A stretch of DNA of 63,777 nt, the filler included, from Reticulomyxa filosa (lineage: Eukaryota; Protista; Foraminifera): the NCBI GenBank assembly GCA_000512085.1. It is 22 parts of 22 records of this genome, joined end to end, with 100 filler letters (N's around TTAATTAATTAA, not from the genome) between each part and the next. Parts side by side here need not be neighbours in the genome. Positions count along the whole stretch, not along the records: positions 8,680 to 14,334 come from ASPP01009753.1; positions 14,435 to 16,785 come from ASPP01023875.1; positions 16,886 to 23,699 come from ASPP01002653.1; 19 more parts are not named here. One strand, written 5' to 3'. Each line of letters opens with the position of its first letter. The stretch's first letter is position 1. Positions 11,299 to 21,900 of the stretch are shown piece after piece. Under the pieces are notes generated by a model. The model made no database searches. It saw only the letters and a list, made by a program, of their open reading frames with translations, and had not been told where the DNA came from. The position numbers and the translations under genes were made by a program.

Positions 11299-14222
11299 TC
11301 AAACTCTGCGACGTCTTTGCTGTCCTTCAGCATTGGCTTCTCTTTGCGATTGTCGTTCCAATCCGAAGTAATTGAGCACAGCAGTAACTGGATCGCCATT
11401 CAATTTAAACGGAGTTCCCGAAAGTTGCTCATATTCGCGAACCAACACCCGAACGCACAACCTGTGTCAAATATTGTATTAAATTGTTAGCAGTATGGAT
11501 AAAGCACATAACTTTCACAACATACGTGTATATATATATATGTGCATTGATTTTACCTAAGATATTCAATTTGTTCATTCAATGCAATAGCCAAGTTGAC
11601 TTTGGAGAGTTCGATACGAGAAATTTCTTGTTCTAATTTTTTGACTTGTGCTGTGGCGTTGACAGGATGCGCATTAGCACCATATTCTCTTTTCACGTCA
11701 TCCTCCATTGATGATTGTCGGAAAACTACAGTTCCATGTCCACGTTCTCTTTCTCCATACTGTGGTTCGTCATTGTGTTCGTCTACATTGTGGCCTGGAC
11801 CTCCTGGAGTCTCTTTAACTTCCCGTTCCAAATTAGAAAGTTCGAATTGTAAAACCTCATTGATTCTTTGCTGTGTTTCCAGATCTTGTTTTAGTTGTTT
11901 CACTTCTTGAGGATCCAATCCAAAAGAATCGTTCACAAGTCTTATATCAGTAAAATCGGACACAGTCTAGTAAGCAAGCAAAAGGAAAAGTATAAGCAAA
12001 TGTCATTGAAAACAGCTCATCACCATATCATACACATACACACAATATTGTTAATATATTAGCAATTTGTCAAGTTTACAATTACCAGAATTGCTTCTGC
12101 ATTTTCTTTTAATTTTTGGATTTCTCGAGCAATTTTGCCAACATGATAAGGTTGTACGCCAATATCATTTGTCAATTCCTGCGATTTCAAATCATTCAAC
12201 AACATGCTTCCATCCACGCGATGTTTTTTGAAGGCGTCAATGTATTCTTGGGAACGAATTCGGAACAGCCACAGTGAGACCTCTTCCAACGTCCATTTAT
12301 TGGCTTTTTTCGGATTTGCAAATAAAGGATCGTCTTCCGCTTTTTTTTTCAAAGACTCCAAATAACTGGTTTCCTTTGTTTCAATCTCTTCTTTTTGGCG
12401 TTTGGTCTCTTCCAGCTCTTCCAATCGAGTGGATAACGCATGACACTCTTTTTCCTTTTGGTCCAAGAGCTGTTTCAGCTCATTGTTGGCATTATTGCTC
12501 TGCTCCAATTGCGTTTGTATTTCTTTCTTCCCATTTTCAAGTGTATCGACTATTTGTTTCTTTTCATTTTCAAAAGAGTTGGTTGCTTCTTGCAACTTGT
12601 TGTTTAACTCTTCAATCTTCTCTTGCGCTTGTTGAGCGAGCGCTTTTGTAGACTGCTCTTTCAATTGTTCTATTTCTTTCTGGCTTCCAGCCAAATTGTC
12701 TTCTGTCGTTTGAAGTTTGGCTTGTAATGTGGACAATTCCTTTTGTAAATCTTGGTTTCGTTTATTTGCACATCGTTTTGCCAACAAAAACAATAACAAA
12801 CAATGAATGAAAAGGGACGTAAAAAATATCATTATCAACCGATTAAAAAAAATTCAAATATAAATTATATACATATATGTATATAATTTATATTTGAATT
12901 AACTTTCTTTCTGTTCTGTCGTCAGTTGATGTTCGCCACTTACTCGTTGCAATTCTGTGCCAAGTTGCGATAACTCTTGTTTTGCTTGACTGATGGCTTG
13001 CTCATATTCCGCAAAACGATCCACAGCTCGTTTTTCCATATTTTCTTCGGTACCCGGGCGGTAACTTACTTCGGTCAGATATTCGCTTGTTTCCAGATAT
13101 CCAAAAGCCGTTTTCTTCAACTCTTGGATTTCGCGTAGAATCGAATTAATATGAATGCGTTTTACACTTAGTTCGCGACTCAGAATGTCATTATCTACAT
13201 CCGTTACCAACATATCGCCAAACCTTTTTTTCTCGGAACGAATGAACATATTCGCCAAATCCTTTTTTGATTGATCCAATAGCATACTTCATCCTCACGC
13301 CACTGTTTCACATTCCGTTCTACTGCAAACGCAGGATCATTGCGTTTTCTTTCTTCTAATCCATTCAAGTATTTCTATTTTTTTATTTTTTTATTTAAAA
13401 AAAGGAAGGGGGGGAGGCCATTTTTTTAATTGTCAGTTGTGTTTAATTTTTGAATTGGAAAAAAATACCTCTTCTTCAAGAAATTTGGAAGCAGTTTCTT
13501 GAGCTGGGACAACAGCTTCTTTGGCTTTGGTCAATTCTTCCTCAGATCGATCTACTTGTTCAGCTAACCTGGCCATTTCCTTATTAATTGCTTCGTACTC
13601 TTCTTTCCGGATAATCATTTCGTCATCTTGAATTTTTGGCCGATTCATTAGCTCTTCCATCTTTTCTTCCGTTTCTTTTTTTTCTTTCTCCAATCGCGAT
13701 GTAAGTGTCTGCAACTCACCAATTTGTGTTTTCGCAGATATTGCTATTTTTATTAAACGAAACAAATCATACAACAATATCTTTTTTTTTTCCTCCCCCT
13801 TCCGCTTCAAGATCAATTAATCGAAAGTTACCTGGTATAAACGAAAACTCCAGATAGGGGGCCATTGTTGCATCTTCTGCACACATCTATTCTCAAAGGC
13901 AGTAACAGTAGCAATAACAAGGGATTTTATCATTGCGCGTGTCCTTTGCTCACAAAAGCACATTCAAACAAATACCAAAAAAAAAGCCAAACTTGTTTGA
14001 GTTTTTGGATTTCTCGCACAATTTTCCCAGTGTGGAATCGTCGGACTTCCAAGTCTTCGTGCAAAATCGTTGCACTCATATCACGCAAGAGAATTTCTCC
14101 ATCAATTTTATGCTTTGCAAATGTGGGGATATATTGTGCAAACTCAATCTGATTCAACCAATAGCAAACTTCTTGATATTGCCATTCTTTTGCGTTAGCC
14201 TTTTGTTGTTATTTGGTGTTGC
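11299..14222 (-). CDS. Coiled-coil protein with at least three SAM (sterile alpha motif) domains, multi-exon, 5'-truncated
   Basis: SAM1 WQYQEVCYWLNQIEFAQYIPTFAKHKIDGEILL..HTGKIVREIQKLK (about 13990-14190). SAM2 WREDEVCYWINQ..GDMLV..HINSILREIQELK (about 13110-13310, frameshifted). SAM3 WTLEEVSLWLFRIRSQEYIDAFKKHRVDGSMLL..HVGKIAREIQKLK (about 12105-12300). Heptad coiled coils lie between them; stop at 11299-11301. Confidence 0.85.
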
Positions 14223-14434
14223 TATAACATATGAGTAGAGTACAACAATGTTTTTCGTGATATATATACATATATATGTACATATATGCATATACATGTA
14301 TATGTGTATGTATCTTCTCCTTTTTTTTTTTTTTNNNNNNNNNNNNNNNNNNNNNNNNNNNNNNNNNNNNNNNNNNNNTTAATTAATTAANNNNNNNNNN
14401 NNNNNNNNNNNNNNNNNNNNNNNNNNNNNNNNNN

Positions 14435-14465
<31 letters not shown>

Positions 14466-14559
14466 TTGTTATTATCATCATTGTTATCATTATTGTTATC
14501 ATTTTTGCGCTTTTGTTCGTACTTTGTCTGTCGATGGAACAGAAAAAGCAATAGCGAAA

Positions 14560-15319
14560 AGGGCGTCCACAAATGCTCGTCTTGGATCGTTAGCAACGTC
14601 TTCAGATTCAAATGCAACTCCAACAACCATTTCAAACATTCGAGCTCGCCAAAGGCCATTATGTAATGTCCAACTGTCGCGCCGCTTCGGTCTTGGTATC
14701 CCAGTTCCCATCCATTTTTGCGATTGAAAAAATAATTCAACTTTTTTTTTTTTGACAAAGTTGTGCACTAAAGTCTTATGTGTGCGTGTGTGTGTATGAA
14801 TGTGCAAAACTGACCATTGGAACATCCCCAAAACGCACGCATTGATGTGGTAAAATGTTCAGCAAGATCTCAAACTCTGTTATCAATGAACTTTCCCCAC
14901 TCAGATTCGTTATTCCATAGCGGTATATCCACTCGTTGAAATATACTTGCAATTCCTTCGCTATCTCTTGCGGCTTCTTTGATGTGCATGGACAATATAT
15001 TTGACCGTTTGATGGAAATTTTGGCAAGCCTTTCGATCCACTACACTTTGCCAACTTTTTCCATTTGTACACATACATTTTAAATAAATTTTTTTTTTTT
15101 TTTTTTGGATTGCCATCTGTTATACCTTTTTTTTTAAAAAAACCCAACTTTTTGATGGATGTCATACAATTCGTTGTAGGTGAAAAACATTGTCCATTTT
15201 GTTCTTCGTTTTGTGTTTGCCAAGACGGTCATCTCATACAGAGTCGCCAGCCCCAAATTCGAAAAGATCAAAGGAGAACCATCTATTATTATCTCGTAAT
15301 GTGGAGTTGCGACCGTCAT
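14560..15319 (-). CDS. PX-like domain followed by ankyrin repeats, multi-exon, 3'-truncated
   Basis: YEMTV..KWTMFFTYNELYDIHQK/LAK..GLPKFPS..AKELQVYFNEW is PX-like. DRSGATVGHYIMAFGELECLKWLL and QDEHLWTPF are ankyrin-like. Confidence 0.65.
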
Positions 15320-15602
15320 GATGAATGATTATATATATAATTATTCAAAAAAAGTTCTTTGTGAACCTTTTTATAATGGCTTTAGACATTGCTTAGAAAG
15401 GATTTTTATTAATTACTATTACTCAACAATTATTCCAGCTCGATGGCAATATATTTGAAAATGCACACGATTGAAATTTTTGTTGCAGATTTTGGAATGG
15501 GAAAATCAAACCACAAACCAAAGTAAGCAAAATAAGTGAACAATTGGAAATGCAGAGGGGGGGAAAAAGAAATAGCACACGTGATTTATACATGGATATG
15601 GA

Positions 15603-16688
15603 TCAAGGAGAAGCAAGAGTCCATTTTTGATGTTTGACAAAGGAAGAGAAGATTTGTCCATTAAAAAACAGGACAACTAAGAGAGCGATAAAGACGACGG
15701 GCAAAGGGCGTAATTGTTTGGAGTAGAACGGGAAAACAAAAACGCACAAGACGAAGGAGGAGAGAACAGCGATAAGTACCAAAGACAAGGGAATGAGTTG
15801 TAATTGAGCAACCCCAGTCATGAGCCCATAGAACATGAAATCGGAGGCCCTCACCCGAAGTCCGAAGATTTCATAAAAAATGCGCGGCGTCGTATGTTGG
15901 AACTGAACATTGATCGGGAGTAAGAAAGGGGAGAACCTCTCTCCAAAAGTTCTCCGAACCATGGCAAAGAAGTCGATAGCAGCCAAAAAAAAGATGAAAA
16001 ACACGGCATACCAGCCAATGGCCGAGGCGATCATAATGGACATGATACAGTTCAGAACGACCAAAAAGAAGCGATGAAGAGCTCCGGGAACGGGCCAGTA
16101 GAAGGTGATGGTACCAATGGCTCCAAAGTTCCAGACGAGAATGACAAAGGAGATGACATCCGTGGTCCAATTGTAATTGAAGGACACCATCAATCCCAAG
16201 ATGAAGGCGCCCACAGTTAGGATTAGAAAGATGTCTGCAATCAAACATGCACGGAAGGCACGTTGACATTGTCTTTGAAAGCGATATCCGATGCAAATGA
16301 GAACGATGATGAAAAGGAAAGCACCCAGAGCGTAGTACAGATACTCACTTCCATTAGACCCGGTCGACGGTTGATCAGGCAAGTAGATGGTAGTGGTGGA
16401 CGTGTTTGTGTCTCGAAGAATGGAGTTGTATCGTCCAAATTCGTTGATGAAGCAAATGGTGGTGAGCATGACGAACACCACGGGAAGAAAGATATTGCAG
16501 AACTGAGACCACGCCGACACCGTCAAGAACACAAACTCCTGGCCGTCGCTTCCGTCGAACAATACCCCGTTGTCCGCCCATATCTCAATGCTATTGCAGT
16601 TGCTCCGTTCGTCAAACACAATCAGCGCCCTCGTTTTGTTCGCCTTTTGTGCCTTGTCCAGAGCCTGCTTTACGTTTGACATTACCAC
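15603..16688 (-). CDS. Divergent presenilin homologue (peptidase A22A-like, multi-pass membrane protein)
   Basis: Collinear presenilin landmarks: IFLPVVFVM (cf. LFVPVTLCM), IYLP (cf. IYTP), D..SFVILVWNFGAIGTITFYW.VPGALHRFFLV (cf. [34 protein letters not shown]), AIDFFAM (YD site), VRASDFMFY (GLGDFIFY site) and LRPLP (PALP site). The start may lie upstream. Confidence 0.85.
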   Translation of the reverse strand: MVMSNVKQALDKAQKANKTRALIVFDERSNCNSIEIWADNGVLFDGSDGQEFVFLTVSAWSQFCNIFLPVVFVMLTTICFINEFGRYNSILRDTNTSTTTIYLPDQPSTGSNGSEYLYYALGAFLFIIVLICIGYRFQRQCQRAFRACLIADIFLILTVGAFILGLMVSFNYNWTTDVISFVILVWNFGAIGTITFYWPVPGALHRFFLVVLNCIMSIMIASAIGWYAVFFIFFLAAIDFFAMVRRTFGERFSPFLLPINVQFQHTTPRIFYEIFGLRVRASDFMFYGLMTGVAQLQLIPLSLVLIAVLSSFVLCVFVFPFYSKQLRPLPVVFIALLVVLFFNGQIFSSFVKHQKWTLASP

Positions 16689-16746
16689 AGAGATTTGTGT
16701 TTCGTTTCTTTGCCAAAAGTGTTGAAACGAAGATTCAACAGCATTT

Positions 16747-16785
<39 letters not shown>

Positions 16786-17089
16786 NNNNNNNNNNNNNNN
16801 NNNNNNNNNNNNNNNNNNNNNNNNNNNNNTTAATTAATTAANNNNNNNNNNNNNNNNNNNNNNNNNNNNNNNNNNNNNNNNNNNNTGTATTTCCAACAGT
16901 TGACGCAAGATTGGACAATTTTGTGATAAAATTTGAATCAGTAAAAAGACTTCATTTTCAAGAGAGCAAAATAAAAATCAGAACAATATTTGTAATAGAT
17001 TTTCTTCAAAAAAAAAAAAAGTTAATAAATTGTTTATTCTTTTACTTTTATTTTTTTCATGTGAATTACAATAACAAAATACAAAATAG

Positions 17090-17310
17090 TTGACGGCATA
17101 TGTGGAAGTGAATAAAAGAAAAACATTAATAAAAATGAAGAACATACATTTGAAAATTCTTTTGTCAAAATAATTATTGTTTGGAATGGAAAGACATTCA
17201 AAAATTAGAAATGAAAATATAAGGTTTGAATTGGTCAATATGAAAGATAACATTATTGAATCAAACAAAGATATAAAAAGAAAATTTAAAAAGAACAATT
17301 TATTCTGAAA
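17090..17310 (+). pseudogene. Frameshifted copy of the about 75-aa exon module that precedes the caspase-like domain at 21490-21734
   Basis: Same AAATAG acceptor followed by xxAY; exact 17-mer TGTTTGGAATGGAAAGA (CLEWK) shared; NEN..F/LELVNM..NIIE conserved; several frameshifts and a stop. Confidence 0.7.
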
Positions 17311-17658
17311 AGCATTTCTACTTACACAGATTTAATACAAAATTCAAAAATAAGTAACATTCTATTTTTTAATTTCAAAATTTATGCATTATAGAATTGT
17401 TGTTATAATGCAAAGATATTTACAAAATGTAACATTTATCTTTCATTTCAAAATGTTTCTTATGTACATTAATTCAGTTTTTCCTTTATTAAACAAAAGT
17501 TCAACCATTTTTTTCATCTTGCATCATCAAAACATATCAAGAAAAAACTAAAAAAAGCTGAAGAATAACTTAAAATTATCAATGAAAGTTAAGTCTAAGT
17601 TGTCTTTACGTTTTTATTATTTCTTTTATTTAGCGTTATTACGTGTAATTGATATAGT

Positions 17659-18898
17659 CAAAAGAAGAAGAAGAGATCCAAATAATTATTCATTATTGGA
17701 TTCGAACATTAAATATTCAATTAGGATGGATCAAAGATTTTGACAAATTTGTTGTCAATTATGTTAGTTCATTTATTCTTTCTTTTTTAAAACACCAATC
17801 AAATATTCAAATGTTTATTTAATATAGGCTTCTACTATCTTCATGTTTGGCACATTTCGTTCATCATCCAAATTAATCAATACATTCACTGGACATACAA
17901 ATAATGTGTGGAGTATTGATTACTCAACATTTGATGATCGTCGACTCATTTGTTCTGGATCATCTGATAAAACAGTTTGTGTATGGGATGTTGATAACAA
18001 CAAACAAATTCAATCATTCAATGGACATTCAAATGCTGTGTTGTGTGTGAAATTTTCATCATATCATAATCGTCAAAATGTCATTTGTTCTTCGTCATCT
18101 GACAAAACCATTCGTTTTTGGGATTTCAAACATAATAAACAATTACAAATATTAACTGGACACACTTATGCTGTTTATGGTATTGAATTCTCACCATTTA
18201 ATGGTGGTAAATATTTGTGTTCTGGATCTAATGATAGTACTATTCGTTTATGGGATGTTGAAACATCAAAATCATTACATGTTTTCAATGGACATGAAAG
18301 AGCTGTTTGGAGTATTGATATTTCACCATTACAAAGCAATAATAACAATGATAATAATAAAATGAATAATATTGGTGTAATTGGTGGAAATGGGTATACT
18401 ATTTGTTCTGGATCATATGATAATACTATTCGAATATGGGATATTGAAACAACAAAACAATTCAATATATTCAAAGGACATCAAGATTGGATTAGGAGCG
18501 CAAAATATGGATCAAATGAATTAATCAATACAATATTATCTGGATCATCTGATAAAAGTGTTCGTTTGTGGGATATTCGATCTGGTAAACAAATTCAAGT
18601 GTTCAATGGACATACTCATTGGGTATATGCTGTTGAATATTCACCATTTGTAATAAAGAATAATATTGGTAATTCAAATGTGATATGTTCTGGGTCAAAT
18701 GATAATACAATTCGTTTTTGGGATATTCGATCAAATAAGAAGCAATTGTATATTATCAAAGGAAACAAGAAAGAAGATAATGGAATAATTTGTCTTAAAT
18801 TTATTGAATTGAAAAAAAGAGATAAGACAAATAATATCAAATATGATTTGAATTTGTGTTATGGCTCAAATAATGGTCCCATTCGTATTTGGGGATAA
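17659..18898 (+). CDS. WD40-repeat protein (expanded lineage family, about 7 blades)
   Basis: Repeated GH..V..(S/D)..ICSGS.D.TIR(L/F)WD units. Upstream exon EEEIQIIIHYWIRTLNIQLGWIKDFDKFVVNY is joined by a GT-AG intron at about 17763-17828. The 5' end is uncertain. Confidence 0.93.
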
Positions 18899-19132
18899 TT
18901 TTCTTTTTGTTGAATAAGAAATGAAAGTGTTTTTGTTTGAAAAGTTTGATTAAAATAAAAGTGATTTGATTGAACGCACAATGAAAGATTTGTTCTATCT
19001 TACTTTGTTGTTTAAAACTGCGTTCAATGTCTTTTAAAGAATTGAAAAGCATAATAAATGAAAACTGCACTTTGAAAAGAATTAGCTTGTATTTTTGCGA
19101 TCTTATAAAACTTTATTGAGATCAATAGTGAA

Positions 19133-19300
19133 TCATGCATGTTGGACATCAACACAAGAATAACATGCTCTTTGGTCTTCGCCTCCACAAATGAGGTGTT
19201 TGTGTTTGTATACCACACATTGAGATTTTGAAAGTGGAGTGTAAGAGTCGTCGAACTCTTGCAAGGGAATAGGTTTTTGTGTTGTGGTTTGCTTAGCCAT
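19133..19300 (-). pseudogene. Truncated 5' relic of the kelch-repeat family
   Basis: MAKQTTTQKPIPLQEFDDSYTPLSKSQCVVYKHKHLICGGEDQRACYSC then a stop; matches the N-termini at 25786 and 31474. Confidence 0.75.
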
Positions 19301-19899
19301 GTTACTACTAAGTACTTATTTTAAAAAAGGGGGACTGGTGCGACCCTTTTGAACGTTGGTTGAAGTTAATGTTAAAAGGTTAAAAAAAATGGGTGTTTAT
19401 TTCAAATTTGTTTTTATAATTCAAGAAATTGTATGTAATACATTTCAAAAATTTTTGCAATACATAATGAAGTTTTCGCTCTTTTTAGCATGAAAAAAAC
19501 TATTCGCTTAAAAAAGAATAGATGATGCTGTGACATCATAGTGAGCATCACAACAAATCAATGAGACCATAAACAAGCAAAAGCCAAGTCCTTGTCTAAA
19601 AATGATAAAATGGCATTGTTAAAAACTGTGATTGAGGATTTTTTCAAAGGATTAAAGATATTGCATGCTTTTGCATTAATGCAAAGATTTGTCAAATCTT
19701 TATATTACTATCTATTGAAAATGCTAAAGTCATACTCTTAGCAATGCATTAAATTGTTCTTTCATTCGAATGAATATATCCATGAAGATGATATAACATA
19801 GAATGTCTATTTATTAACAAATATAATTTAGTAAATATGACTTTATTTAAGAAAAACAACACAAAAAACTTTTTTTTTCTTTTTGTGGCACAGTTTTTG

Positions 19900-20170
19900 G
19901 ATATGTTAATTTGAATGATTAGAAGCTGCGCAAATGTATGAAATTACTTTGATCACGTAAAAAGAATATATGTATATCAAATTCTGTTGACAAATATTTG
20001 TTAAAATGTATTATAAATCAAGCAATTGAGCCATTTCGTTTTGCAATTTATGTTAGATTGCAAGCATTATTGGGAAATATATAAATCAATGGATATGATC
20101 ATCCTGATATTGTTAAAACATATATTATGGAAGATTTTCCAATATCACAAATATTCCAAGCATTACAAGT
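19900..20170 (+). pseudogene. Possible decayed TPR fragment
   Basis: Fragments NQAIEPF and GYDHPDIVKTY resemble the 42-aa TPR unit; multiple stops. Confidence 0.3.
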
Positions 20171-20735
20171 TGGGAATCCAAATAAAACATCACTGGTATT
20201 CAATGATGATATCTTTTTTTGTGATTGTAATTGAAACGACATAAAACATAAAGAATTCATTTTAACAATAAACTGATAATCAAGTTACTTCTATTTTATT
20301 TCAAAGAAATTGTTATTTATTACAGTATTGAAATATTCTTCTGCAATTATTAAAACGTATATTTATTTGTCTTTTTCTTTTTTTTTGTAATATTCACTTT
20401 TAATTAACATGATACATAATCACTAGGATAAAATCACCATTTTCCCTTTTAATTATGTTTTAAAAATCAGTGTTAAAAGGAATATCGGGTTCTATCTCAT
20501 TCAAATGAAAAAACTATTTGTTTAGTGTAAATACAAAAATTGGGAGAATATTCAATTGGATTTTAAGGATAAATATTTCAGCAAATAACAATACAATTGT
20601 GTTTGCTTGTAAGTTTGAAAAATTTATCGTTTATCAAAATATTTTTCCAGTGACTGCAAATAATGGAATGTAATTACAAAATTTATCTCAAACAAACTAA
20701 TAGTACTGTACAGCACACTTTTTTAAAAAAACACA

Positions 20736-21734
20736 TTAAAGCGTTTTTCTTGAAGTGAAAATGATTTCATAATCAGTTGTATCTTGACTTTCCACACAAT
20801 ACCATTCACCACTTTTATTCTTGCGAATGTCATTTCGAACATCTTGTAGCATTTGCTTGAAAGGATAACCAAGTTTATATTTGGATATAATAATATCTTT
20901 CATACTTTTACTTAACAATGACAAATCACCAACTTGAAATCCTTTTGTTGTCGACCAAACAGTCAAAAATCCATCATCATTATGTCCATATATTGGCATA
21001 TTTTTATTTGGATTTCTACCGAGTACAATTTCGTGTGCTTTTGGAATATTTTGACCACGACAAGCATCAACAATGAATATTTTAGGAAAATCTTTAAATG
21101 ACTCCATTTCATGACAATTAAATGCCATACGTAATTTATCAATTGATACAGTCTTTCCTTCGCTTGTCACAAATGTATTTTCATCATTTCCATGTCCACA
21201 AATAATCATTATTAATCCATCATAATTATTTACATTTTTACGAAGTTTGAAATTGATAATCAATTGATCCATAAAATCTTGACATCTTCTTTTGTCATTT
21301 TTGCAGAGTCATTACACACAAATTCATAATTTAATTCTTCCTTGAATAATTGTCTGAAATTTGTTAATATCTTTTTTTTTCACGTTATGAAGATTACGCC
21401 ATATTGTGTTATCAGTGTATTCACTAATTGCGATCATTACCACTAATGCATTTGTTATTGTCTTTATTTTTCCTATTATTATCGGTCGTTGAAATGACGT
21501 CCAAATTATTTTGAATGAACGGCTATTATTTTCAAATTCTTTCCTTACAGCTTCATCTGTTTCAATAATACTATTTTCCATATTCACCAATTGAAGTTTC
21601 ACATTTTCGTTATTCATTTTTTGAAAATCTTTCCATTCCAAACAAAAATAACTATGACGAAGAAGCTCCTCAAATGTCAATTCTTTCATTTTTATTGTTT
21701 TTTTTTCTTCATCTTGTATGATATATGCTTCAAA
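20736..21734 (-). CDS. Caspase-fold (C14, p20-like) protease domain with an N-terminal adaptor-like module; probably the 3' part of the TPR gene
   Basis: NALVVMIAISEY..L..V..D; IICGHG (His codon 21192-21194); FPKIFIVDACRG (Cys codon 21060-21062); p10-like FLTVWSTTKG. Two 1-nt slips near 21360 and 21280. The frame is open upstream of the ATG to an AG acceptor at 21735. Confidence 0.88.
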
Positions 21735-21900
21735 CTATTTCAAATTTTTTTTTTTTTCTCTCTAATTATTATAAAGCAAAAGACAAAAAAGAAGATAAAA
21801 AAAAAACTTCAACTTTCTTTTCTTCTTCCTTTTTATTTTATTTTTATTTTTTTGTTCAAATTATTTTTGATTTTTGTCTAATTTCAACGAAACAAATAAA

